A DNA stretch of 64,000 nucleotides from Octopus vulgaris (GCA_951406725.2 OX597820.1:98208001-98272000); one strand, 5' to 3'. Shown: positions 43,788-54,955, numbered from the stretch's first letter. Notes: a model not told the origin generated them from the letters alone. Program-made: numbers and translations.

Positions 43788-43840
<53 letters not shown>

Positions 43841-43906
43841 TTATATTCATATATATATATATACTTATATTTTTAAATACATACATACACACACACACAT
43901 ATATAT

Positions 43907-43967
<61 letters not shown>

Positions 43968-43970
43968 CAT

Positions 43971-44006
<36 letters not shown>

Positions 44007-44150
44007 CAGTCAGAAATTTAGATAATTCTTTATCAGTGCTTTTGTTCGTTTAACCGAATTCTTCAAGACAAAATTCAAAACCAAAGCGGTTTTGAACCTA
44101 AAACCATTTTCAATATACAATTATCTGTATACCACTTCAAACATTCTATG

Positions 44151-44215
<65 letters not shown>

Positions 44216-44245
44216 ACACACACACATATATATAAATATATATAT

Positions 44246-44543
44246 GGAGGCGCAATGGCCCAATGGTTAGGGCAGCGGACTCGCGGTTTCGATTCCCAGA
44301 CCGGGCGTTGTGAGTGTTTATTGAGCGAAAACACCTAAAGCTCCAACAGGCTTCGACAGGGGGTGGTGGAGATCCCTGCTGTACTCTTTCGCCACAACTT
44401 TCTCTCAATCTTTCTTCTTGTGGCCTGCTCGCTTAGCCAGCGGGGTGGCGTCATTTGAAGGCTAAAAAAATTGCGAAGCGCATTGTGACCAGCGATGTGT
44501 AGCAATATCTGGTAGTCTGGTCGGTCACGGTGATCACGGTGAG
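44246..44543 (+). mobile_element. tRNA-derived SINE family 3 head with alternative tail, in (TA)n
   Basis: GGAGGCGCAATGGCCCAATGGTTAGGGCAGCGGACTCGCGG..TTCGATTCCC; matches 63105 for ~160 bp, then diverges. Confidence 0.88.
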
Positions 44544-44579
44544 ATATATATATATATATATATATTTATATAGCGGTCC

Positions 44580-44681
44580 TTCAGGTTTTCTAAACCCTGT
44601 AAAAGAACTTCGAAGTTCGGGCCTCCAACCAGGCCTTTTGCGATACCCTTAAATCCGGGAACTTTTCAGCACCACCTCGCA
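44580..44681. mobile_element. mariner-type terminal fragment
   Basis: Reverse complement TGCGAGGTGGTGCTGAAAAGTTCCCGGA. Confidence 0.55.
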
Positions 44682-45389
44682 TCTGTTTTCCAGAAGCTCC
44701 AATACTGGTGAGGATAGGAAGGAAGCCGGTTTTATTTGTGAGTTGTTGTTTTTTAGATCCATGTGATATCTGATAAAGCCGACATTCCAGCTGTGAATAT
44801 CCCGTCACTTTCCCAAAGATGAGGACGCTCAGGACCATATTAATCTAACATGTGCTTTACTGAGACAATGGCTTGTGATTTGAGAGACGTTGGTTTCTAT
44901 ATTTGGTAAGTTACAGTCCTGTTAAAACAGTAGGAATTATCGCGTGAAATTTTCGGTTTATGTTCAGGCTGGAGATTTGGCTGCTATATTTGCAACAGAT
45001 GGATTCCGGTAAAGGCATCCAAGGGCCATTTTGTGTCGCAAAACCGAGAGATGGGTTACGTAAGTAAGAACTAACAAGTACAATCACTCCAAAGAAATTC
45101 TACACAATTTTCATCAATACTATTTCTTCCATAAGGCTTACCGTGACCCGATGCTTCAGCAATGGGAGCTCGAGCACAGAGCCACAAGGTTCCTCAAACC
45201 TGAAACATAGATCTCATAGCTGCAGTAGTTTTTGTTTACAAATGTAACAAAAGGTTAAAATTTCACATTTCTTAGAAGTTGAGGTGGTGTATAGTGAGGT
45301 CTTAGCTTGATGGATTTTATGTAGACATAAATATGGTCTCATATTTTCTTTTCTCTATCTCCTGCTCTCTCCAACTCCTACTCTATCAC

Positions 45390-45399
45390 GCTCTTTCTC

Positions 45400-45463
<64 letters not shown>

Positions 45464-45535
45464 TCATTCTTTCTTTCTTTCGTTCTTTCGTTCTTTCTTT
45501 CTTTCTCTCTTTCGTTCTTTCGTTCTTTCTTTCTT

Positions 45536-45602
<67 letters not shown>

Positions 45603-45640
45603 CTCTCTCTGTCTCTCTCTCTGTCTCTCTCTCACACACA
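45390..45640. repeat. (TTTC)n/(CT)n microsatellite
   Basis: Directly visible. Confidence 0.95.
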
Positions 45641-45810
45641 CACAACTTTGGTTTTAGAAGCAAGCAAGGCAGAACAATGAATAAAAAGCAGAGTATATAC
45701 ATTTTTATTCAGCAGTGATCTGTAGTGATTCAACTGCTACGAGTATCAAACACTTTCTTAGGTGCATTCTCAAGAAAATTCAATCTCTTGAGACACTGGA
45801 ATCCCTTGTC

Positions 45811-45907
<97 letters not shown>

Positions 45908-46475
45908 AAGAAGAAGAAGAAGAAGAAGAAGAGAGCTCCGGGCTGAATAACAACATGGATGTTCCCTGGGAGCCTCTCTCCAAAAAACGAATTTAATCCA
46001 ACAACATCGTTGCAATGGAAGAAAGGTTCCACAAAATATCTTTTCCAAATTTTCTTTTAAGGCAAAGTAACTAAAAAGTCCGAACTATTATTGCCATATA
46101 TAGTATGGTTTTCTTTCTTTTATGCATAATATTTCCATGTGACATGCATAAGAGATAGAAGCGAACATCAGAGCTCTTGAAAGACAGTAAGTACATAAAT
46201 TGATTAATTAATTAATTAATTAAATAAGTATACATGCAACTGTTTATGCATACACGTAGACATTTTAATTGTAAAGTATAGAAGCAAATGTTTGTGCATA
46301 CATGTACACATTTTAATTATAAAGCATAAATAATGCTTACACGCGCTCACACGTACACACAGAAAGAAAAACCACGTTACGCGGACGAAAACAAAACAAA
46401 AACAAAGCGATTTTTCACGAACAAACGCAAAAAAGAGTAAATTGGTCACTGAATTTAGAAAGTCACTGAACAGTT

Positions 46476-47709
46476 ATGCCCGGAAACATGACTACCAAAA
46501 TAAATAGAGGCGAATTTCGATCTGTAAGTCTTATGCGAGTTCGATATGAACAATATATTAATTCGGAGAATTCAGAAGCGGTGTCTTGTCAAAAAATTGA
46601 CCCTGTACAAACACTCCCTTCTAACGTCACCGTCACAGAAGCGGCGTTTTGTCAAAAAATTGACCCTGAAAAAATGGACCCCTCTGATGTCGCCGTCAAT
46701 CATTTAATGAAAACAAGCCAAAAATCATGCCGGATCGGTCATCGCCCGGGACAACAAGGACCGCGTTACCCAGTAGGGAACCAGACTGGGGTCGAAAAGT
46801 TTGCTGCTGGAACAAACTCTCAAAAAGACGATCTACCAGGTGACCAGAACCAGAATACTTCTAACTCTGGACTTGTAGTGACACCACCAAAAACACCACC
46901 TAAAGCAAAACGTATAAAATGGACCAGAGAGGACTATAGAGATGTGTTGAAAGCTTTTTATACAGCCCAACTAAACCCAAACAATAACCTCAGTGTACAA
47001 ACATACATCTCATGGAGAAATTCAGTAGGCAATGACGTACGTAGATATATAGACGCAAATAAATTAAGTAATGTACGCAGAGATATAATTAAAAACAAAA
47101 GACTAACTGACGCTGAAATTGACAAAATTAGGACACTAATAGCTCATGGTAGACCAAAAGAAAACAGCAACAATGTAGACGAAATAGGTAACAGTAGCAC
47201 AGAAGCCAGTGTACAAGCGGCAAATCAACTTCCCAATGGGGAAGTTAAACAAAGAATAGCGAAGACGAGAGATTTGAAAAAAGAGGAGAACGTAGACCTT
47301 CCTCAAGAAAACCAAAATAGATATGACAGAATTTGAGGTGAATAATAGAGAAAAGATTATGGAAGCAAAAGTGGACATTATGAGAGAACTCGGCAAGATT
47401 GAGCTCACTGACATGGTTAATAGAGAACCACTACCAAAGTTTTCAAATGGCACAAGAAATGACAACACAATCACGACATATAACGTTGCCCTAGGACAGA
47501 TCTTAAGAAATAAGGGGAATGATTTGACAACCTTAAATAATCTCATTTATTCAACTGCTAAAGTAGCAACTACCCAACTAGGTATTAAGATGACAAAGAA
47601 AAAGGCCAGGCATGTCAATGAACCTCCTAAGTGGAAAGTAGCGATAAAAAAGAGATTGAATCTCTGCGGGCGGATGTTTCAGTTCTCGATGAGCTTGCTA
47701 GAGGAGTGA
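46476..47709 (+). pseudogene. N-terminal region of the Dong-type polyprotein (two frameshifts)
   Basis: KRIKWTREDY..L.AFY (Myb-like N-terminal motif of R4-clade proteins), REPLPKF, LNNLIYSTA and PKWK; continues into the RT ORF across an A-run at 47646-47651. Confidence 0.75.
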
Positions 47710-50375
47710 ATATTAAGCCGAGAAAAGCTAGAAAAATCAAGCAAAAATATAAAATCAAAGATCTCATAAACCTCCCTGCAACTAAGGAACTGTTGAAACA
47801 ACGGATACAGTTGAAAGCTCAACGGCTTAGAAGGTATGACAAAAGAAACAAATTTTATCGACAAAATAAATTTTTTAAGACAGATGCAAAGAAATTTTAT
47901 AGGGAAATTGGCAAAAATAAAATACACATAGAAGATCCACCTAAGATTGAGGAAGTGGAGGAGTTCTGGAAGAAGGTATGGAGCAACGAAAAAGAGTTTA
48001 ATGCTGAGGCTGACTGGATAGAACGTGAGAAAGAGAGACTGGATGAACTTGAAGAACAGAAATGGGAAGCAATAGGAATAGAGGAGCTAAGGTGTGTCCT
48101 TAGGAAGGCTCATAAATGGAAAACCCCAGGACTGGATCGGATCCCTAACTTCTGGCTGAATTGTTTGACGGAGGTACACGAACATCTCGCTGCATCTCTG
48201 TCTGATGTCATTCAGAACCCAGAGCAAATACCTGCTTGGCTGACTGAAGGAACCACCTACCTATTACCTAAAACCGAAGACACAAAAAACCCAAAGAATT
48301 ACCGGCCAATAACATGTCTCAACACCACCTACAAAATCCTCACATCCATAATAACGGAGAGAATGTACGCTTTCCTTGAACAAAATTCTATCCTTCCACA
48401 AGCTCAAAAAGGGTGTAAAAGAAACTCTTATGGGTGCAAAGACCAATTGCTCATAAACAGAATGATTGTAGAGAATTGCCGGAGCAAAAACAAAAACCTG
48501 AGTATGGCATGGATAGACTACAGGAAAGCGTATGACAGTGTCCCACATAAATGGATACTCAAGGCCCTTGAGATATACAAGATCTCTCCTGTCGTCTCAA
48601 AATTCTTAGAGAATAGCATGACCATGTGGAACACACGTCTCTTTCTAAGCCATAGTAATGGGATGAGCCAGTCCAATAGCATCAACATCAAACGAGGCAT
48701 CTTTCAAGGTGACTCCCTCTCTCCATTACTTTTTTGCATGGCACTGATCCCACTCTCAAACGAATTGGATAGTACCAGATATGGGTACAAAGTTTTTAGT
48801 AAGTTAATAAACCACCTTTTCTATATGGACGACCTAAAGCTGTTTGCCAGGAATGACCAAGAGCTAGAAGGGCTGCTAACAACTGTTAAAGAGTTTAGCA
48901 ATGATATCGGGATGGATTTTGGCCTTGATAAGTGTGCTAAAGCAACTTTTGTAAGAGGCAAGCTCAGGCAAACAGCTTCTGTTAAATTAGATATTGACAC
49001 TACCATCAACGAACTTGACCCGCAAGAAAGTTACAAATACCTAGGAATCAACGAAGGAGATGGTATACATCATGCTACTATGAAGGAAAAGATAAGAAAG
49101 GAATATTATAGGAGAATAAGGCTTGTACTGAAGACTGAACTCAACTCCAAAAATTGCATTGAGGCCATTAACACCCTGGCACTTCCAGTAGTCCAGTACA
49201 GTTTTAACATCATTAACTGGAACCTTACGGAACTCCAACGCTTGGACAGGAAGACAAGAAAGTTACTGACATCCAAGAGCATGCACCACCCTAAGGCAGA
49301 TGTAGACCGCTTGTACCTACCTAGAAGCAGCGGGGGGAGAGGAATGATGCAATTAGAGCTGTGCTATAAGACCTCTACTGTAGGAATGAACAGGTACCTA
49401 TCTAGTACAAAGGACTGGATGCTGCGACTTGTGTGCGAACACGAAAGCAGCAAAAAGCTGCATTCTATTGTCAAGGAAGCTTATAAGTTCGAAAGGGAAC
49501 TAGACGTTAACCTTGAATCAGATGAAGAGTCGGAAACCACTGCTACCAAGCAAGCAAAGCGAATCAAGCAGACTGCAAAAAAGAACGGGCAGAATCAAAT
49601 TGAGAGGCGGTGGAGCCAGAAGCCCCTGCATGGACAATATATTCTCCGAAGCCAAAATGCTGATGTAGACCAAGCAACAACCCATCAGTGGCTGAAGAGC
49701 TCTGGATTGAAAGCAGAGACTGAAGGCTTCATAATGGCAGCACAAGATCAAAGCTTGTTTACCAGAAATTACCAGGCTAACGTTCTCCGAAACGGTACTG
49801 ACCCTAAATGCAGATTCTGTGACACATTTGACGAAACAATAGACCATCTCGTTTCGGGATGTCCTGTGCTGACACCAAACGAATACAAAAATCGCCACGA
49901 TAGGGTAGGACAGTATATACATTGGAAGATATGTAAACACTACAAATCCGACACTCCTGCTAACTGGTATGAACACCATCCTCAGCCAGTTGTTGAAGGT
50001 AAAGATGTCACCATCCTCTGGGATTTTCCAGTCAACACTGACAGAACGATCAAGGCTAATCGACCAGACATAATTGTGAAAGACAGGGAAGAAAATACCT
50101 GCAGACTAATAGAAGTAAGCGTCCCCACTGATAAAAATGTATCTGTCAAGGAATTTGACAAACTTAGTAAATATAAGGACCTGGAAATCGAAATACAGAG
50201 GATGTGGAATCTTAAAACAAAAACTGTTCCTGTTATTGTAGGTGCCCTAGGTATGATAAAAAAGGGATGTCAGAAACACCTAGACAATATCCCTGGAAAA
50301 CCATGTCTCAAGGAAATCCAAAAGATTGTGCTAACAAGTACTGCCCACATCCTTAGAAAAACCCTATCAATGTAA
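47631..50375 (+). CDS. reverse transcriptase + CCHC zinc knuckle + restriction-like endonuclease (R4/Dong clade)
   Basis: PGLDRI, NYRPITCL, QKGC, WIDYRKAYDSVPH, GIFQGDSLSPLLF, YMDDLKL, YKYLG, GGRG, CRFC..ETIDHLVSGC, RHD and RPDII..IEVSVP..K..KY. No stop codon over 914 codons. Confidence 0.96.
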   Translation: MESSDKKEIESLRADVSVLDELARGVNIKPRKARKIKQKYKIKDLINLPATKELLKQRIQLKAQRLRRYDKRNKFYRQNKFFKTDAKKFYREIGKNKIHIEDPPKIEEVEEFWKKVWSNEKEFNAEADWIEREKERLDELEEQKWEAIGIEELRCVLRKAHKWKTPGLDRIPNFWLNCLTEVHEHLAASLSDVIQNPEQIPAWLTEGTTYLLPKTEDTKNPKNYRPITCLNTTYKILTSIITERMYAFLEQNSILPQAQKGCKRNSYGCKDQLLINRMIVENCRSKNKNLSMAWIDYRKAYDSVPHKWILKALEIYKISPVVSKFLENSMTMWNTRLFLSHSNGMSQSNSINIKRGIFQGDSLSPLLFCMALIPLSNELDSTRYGYKVFSKLINHLFYMDDLKLFARNDQELEGLLTTVKEFSNDIGMDFGLDKCAKATFVRGKLRQTASVKLDIDTTINELDPQESYKYLGINEGDGIHHATMKEKIRKEYYRRIRLVLKTELNSKNCIEAINTLALPVVQYSFNIINWNLTELQRLDRKTRKLLTSKSMHHPKADVDRLYLPRSSGGRGMMQLELCYKTSTVGMNRYLSSTKDWMLRLVCEHESSKKLHSIVKEAYKFERELDVNLESDEESETTATKQAKRIKQTAKKNGQNQIERRWSQKPLHGQYILRSQNADVDQATTHQWLKSSGLKAETEGFIMAAQDQSLFTRNYQANVLRNGTDPKCRFCDTFDETIDHLVSGCPVLTPNEYKNRHDRVGQYIHWKICKHYKSDTPANWYEHHPQPVVEGKDVTILWDFPVNTDRTIKANRPDIIVKDREENTCRLIEVSVPTDKNVSVKEFDKLSKYKDLEIEIQRMWNLKTKTVPVIVGALGMIKKGCQKHLDNIPGKPCLKEIQKIVLTSTAHILRKTLSM

Positions 50376-50529
50376 ATGTTTGTGTTTGCATTACATGGAG
50401 ATATATCTCTACTTCCCCTCCCCAAGCTTTCAGCTATATTTCAACAACTCTTAACCTTCACTTGCCCTAGGGCGCTGGGTGTGCTCCGGCAAGTGATTGC
50501 ATCAAACATGCAGATTAAAAGTAAATGAC

Positions 50530-50598
<69 letters not shown>

Positions 50599-51033
50599 TT
50601 TATGATTCAGTGTGACCATGAGATTGAGAATAGGAAGCCGGACATAATTTTAATTGAGAAAGAAAATAAACTATGCTGGATCATAGATATAGCATGCCCA
50701 GCTGACGACAAATTATGCGATAAGGAAGAAAGAAAAGTAGAGAGATATGACAGGTTAGCTTGGGAAGTAAAGCAGTTTTGGTCGATGAAAAAGGTAGCAG
50801 TAATACCAATAATTGTCGTTGCCCTAGGAACAGTGAGCAAAAATCTTGAGAAGTATGTGGAACAAATAGGGGATGCAATAAGGGTGGAGCACTTGCAGAA
50901 AACAGCACTGCTTCGAACAGCTCGTATACTACGGAAGGTGTTCGAAAAATAAGAGGTGTTGACTTAGTTCACTGGCAGTGAACAGCTGACACTGTAGTGC
51001 ATCTCCGGCGTTAGAAGCTGTGCAAAGGCAATA
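50599..51033 (+). mobile_element. R4/Dong RLE 3' fragment (family F)
   Basis: ORF 50497-50952: NRKPDIILI..WIIDIACP..KVERY..IPIIVVALG..LQKTALL..ILRKV. (AAT)n on both sides. Confidence 0.92.
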
Positions 51034-51100
<67 letters not shown>

Positions 51101-51104
<4 letters not shown>

Positions 51105-51535
51105 CCACAGATTTGCTTGTCAGTTGTTTGACCTTAACCAGTTGAGCATGTCCCTTAGTGGCTGACGATATGTGCATCTCTAATCACGAGCAGAAGTAGT
51201 GGGGGAGCATCATAGCCATGTGTTGAGAGGGATTCTTTGGGGTTTGAATAATTCACCTCTGGAAACATGGGTGGTTCTTTCAACATCCTTAAACAACCCT
51301 TATTCAGGGACCTTTTGAGCGGGATGGGCTACTCAACCTGAAGAAAATTCTAACTGGGCCCCACCTGCAAGGTCATGTGCTGTTTGTCTTGATATGAGAT
51401 CACCATGTCGCGCACATATGGTTGTGATGCATGTGCCTGGTGTACCTTTATCAGACGGGTAGTCATGATGGGTATATTGGGCTTCGTATATTTTACCCCA
51501 GTGTCACTTTGTTGGCATGCACTGCTCTCTCACTC
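51101..51535 (+). mobile_element. element X, 5'-truncated copy
   Basis: Homologous to 36058-36448; (AAT)n on both sides. Confidence 0.85.
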
Positions 51536-51560
51536 AATAATAATAATAACAATAATAAAT

Positions 51561-52143
51561 AGATGTGAGAGCCTTAAAAAAAAAGAATACAAACGCCACT
51601 ACGATAAAGTGTGTGTCTTCATTAGCTTCCATGCTGTAAATACCAATAGGAAGTTGGTAGAGCATGTACCAAGTAAAGTTATGCAGGAGGGTGGAAAAAT
51701 AACGATATTCTGGGACTATGATTTTCAAGCGCATCGTGTAATCGAACACCGTCGGTCGGATATTGTCATATTGAATAAGAGAGACAAATACTGTCGGATC
51801 ATTGATATAGCCATACTAAGTGACATGAATGTTGTGAGTAAAGAGGTTGAAAAAATCACCAAGTACTCCGAATGGAAAGTGGAAATGGCAAGACTGTGTG
51901 GAATGCAAGAGAGTAATGTAAAAGTGGTACCAGTGGTGATCGCAGCGTTGGGCTCAATCCGATTGGAACTTCAAGACTTCTTAAGGCAACTGGACATCCC
52001 ATGCCAGATTGATGTCTTGCAAACAGCAGCTTTATCGGGCACAGCGCACATCTTAAAGAAATATTATCTGTTTGAGGTCCTTGTTGTGACTTGACAGATG
52101 ACTGAAGAGTCCGGTGCATTTTTACCTACAGTGTGTTACGAAG

Positions 52144-52144
<1 letters not shown>
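51561..52144 (+). mobile_element. R4/Dong family A, copy 2
   Basis: Homologous to 3055-3654 (WDYDFQ..DIVILNKRDKYC.IID..EKITKY..); same 3' UTR, followed by (AAT)n. Confidence 0.93.
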
Positions 52145-52179
<35 letters not shown>

Positions 52180-52249
52180 TAATAATAATAATAATAATAA
52201 CAACAACAACAACAACAACAACGACAACGACAACAACAACAACAACAAC

Positions 52250-52310
<61 letters not shown>

Positions 52311-53708
52311 GTAATAATAATAAGATGCAACATATCTCATTTTAAGCAGAGAAAAGTAGATAAGCTCGGTAATAAAACTATGAAAACAAATAGAGAGGAA
52401 TTGCGATCTGTAAGTCTCGGGCGATCATAACACAAAAAAAAGGCATAGCACGCGTATAGAGACGGTATTCTGTACATTATTTTATCGACCCCGGAGAAAA
52501 GAATGGCACGGGTGACCTAGACTACATTTAAAATCAGAACATAGAAAGCCAATATGTGTATGCATGCATGTATGTATGTATGTATGTATGTATGTATGTA
52601 TGTATGTATGTATGTATGTATGCATGTATGCATGTATGTATGTATGTATATATGTATGTATGTATGTCTGTATGTATGTATGTAAGATCACCTCTATACG
52701 TCGCTGGACCGGTTTCAAATAACAGCGAAATCTCTATTGAATTATGTCACCACCTTGAAAATCAAAGTAAACTTTGTAACATGAAGTGCATTATAAACAA
52801 CAAAGCCGTAATGTTACGGATAGAAAACATTTTAATCAAAGTTGACTCTTATGTAAACAAACCCCATGACAACAACAATATCGTTGATAGTGCGGCAAAT
52901 GCGTGTTGCTTTGCAAATTAATTGTCTGCAAAAGAATTTATTGTAGTATAAATTAACTGAGAGAGAATACTTTAAAACGACTTAAATTTGCTGTTACTCA
53001 AATTGAAAAGTCGTAATAAATCAGTTAAAAACTTTCATATAAATGATATTAAATATACATGACTAGCTTTTTTTAATTTGTAAATAAGAACAGTAACAAA
53101 TACACGAACAGAAGACGAGCTCTATACCTTTCATTAGACCGATGAAAGCATTTCCCCAGTATCTAATACACTCTCGTAATAATTTTCTCATTATTTAGGA
53201 AAATATATTTGGTTGAAGAGTTCTGAAAAAACAGTAGCATGAATAGAATTGTCCATAGACTTTACCGACATCAATAGACTTTACCGACTACAATATCAAT
53301 CTTTGAGCGAAAGTTGTCTTTCTTCATCGCATAATCATTTTTAATTACTTGGTAAATTCTTCTTGCATTATATATATTAACACTACATTATAAACTATAG
53401 GGACATTGGCAAACTCTTCTTTCAAAATTAGGTAATATAACTGATTTGTACCTGATACTTTAACTATTCTGTTTCATCTATTCCAGTATCACACATGTTT
53501 CACTGATAATTCGTTAGTCATCTAGCGCTGACAAAATAGTCTGTTCTACTAATTAATGCCCAGCTGAGTGAAGCCTATTGATTTTGATATTTTGTCACAA
53601 AAATAATGTATAATCTACTCACATTATTCTATACAAATAGAATACTCACTTCTCTATACAAATAGTGTAAAAAATAAATTAACGTTTTAATACAATAATC
53701 TACTACGA

Positions 53709-53931
53709 CAGGGGTTCCCAGCCACTGAGCCGCTGATCAGTATCAAGCGGTGGATAATTTAGTACTGGACCGCTCAGAAAGAATAAATTTCGATTTTATT
53801 GACTATCACAGTCTGGTGGTTGTTTTTATTTCGCACTTCATACTCTTTTGTTAGGCGCGCGATCCCACAGTCCATGGAAAAATTATCTGGCATGAAACCG
53901 ATCCGCAATGTTAAATGTTTCGTGACCGTTG
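53709..53931. mobile_element. hAT (Charlie-like) MITE
   Basis: Ends CAGGGGTTCCC / GTGACCGTTG with an 8-bp TSD TACTACGA / TACTACGT (7/8 match). Confidence 0.75.
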
Positions 53932-54916
53932 TACTACGTAATATTTGGTAGAGTTATATAGGACATATAAGAAATTTATTTAGCTTCCAATGTAAATACG
54001 TACATAATTGAAATCTGGAACGGCTAAACCACTCAACCTTTACATAACATGGAGATGATGTTTAGTAAACATCTCCCTCTTCTGTGCAACATCCACATTC
54101 TATATTACACGACAACTTCACCATTTGTCTCTTTGTTCTTTACTTCTTTGCATGTCCTTATCTTTTCTTATCTCCTTTCATCCTATATTTCTCCCTTGAT
54201 ATTTATTTATATATTTGTTTATTTATTTACTCTCTTTCATTCCATCTGTCAAGATGTTTCTACTTCTTCGGGTTATTTTTCTTCGTATTATTTTCAATAT
54301 GTATAACTTTCAAAACCGATACTACATATGTTTTACATTCTTATTCCATATTATTCTCCTTATTCCATATTTACAATCATATTTATACTAATGTATATAA
54401 TATGTTTTGCCTAGTACCCTCTATATAATATAAATAAGTATTTTCAAAGTTGAAAAAATTTACAGATTTTTTCTCTTACGAGGTTTTTCACGCTAACTAC
54501 TTGATAATTTCTTATAAAGATTTTATCCTATTTTTAAATTTATATTTTTCACCGAATTGTTCAATACTGAATTTTTGTTCCGAGTACGCAAGTTGTTACC
54601 GAAATGCATTGCGAAAAAGCCCGCCATTTTCATAGATATGTAAAGATAAACATTCGTACATGCTGCGGCGAATTCTACGGTTGGTTGTCGGGTATGTGAT
54701 GTTGTGTTTTTTCTTACATGTCTTGAGTTCGATGCACTGAAGAGCGTAGAATGCATATTCTGCATTGATTGCGAAATCACAGGTGATATGTAACTAAATT
54801 CTGTTTTTAAAATGACTCGCTTTGAAGTTTTGCATTCGGTATAATTTGTTTATTTTAGTAGTTTTGACTGTAAAATTCCCTCCTAGCGTGCGGTACCTAT
54901 GAATAATAGTACCCTC

Positions 54917-54955
<39 letters not shown>

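Larger units (their letters stand above)
45932..50529 (+). mobile_element. near full-length R4/Dong-type RLE non-LTR retrotransposon (family C); 5' boundary uncertain
   Basis: Three overlapping ORFs (46476-47336, 47323-47709, 47631-50375) join into about 1300 codons. A ~150-bp 3' UTR ends in (AAT)n. Preceded by (AAT)n(AAG)n. Confidence 0.9.

Noticed and set aside
44968-45059. Plus-strand exon candidate ending at GTAAGT
   Set aside because: It begins with ggagatttggctgctat, a motif recurring at about 12145 and 44880, so it looks repeat-derived; no recognisable protein.
45142-45199. Minus-strand exon with good AG/GTAAG signals
   Set aside because: The surrounding sequence aligns loosely to the SINE family 1 body, so it is probably a degraded SINE.
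45932-46020. HDV-like ribozyme at the presumed 5' end of the family C element
   Set aside because: A hairpin is possible, but I could not fit the P1/P2/P3/P1.1/P4 nested double pseudoknot.
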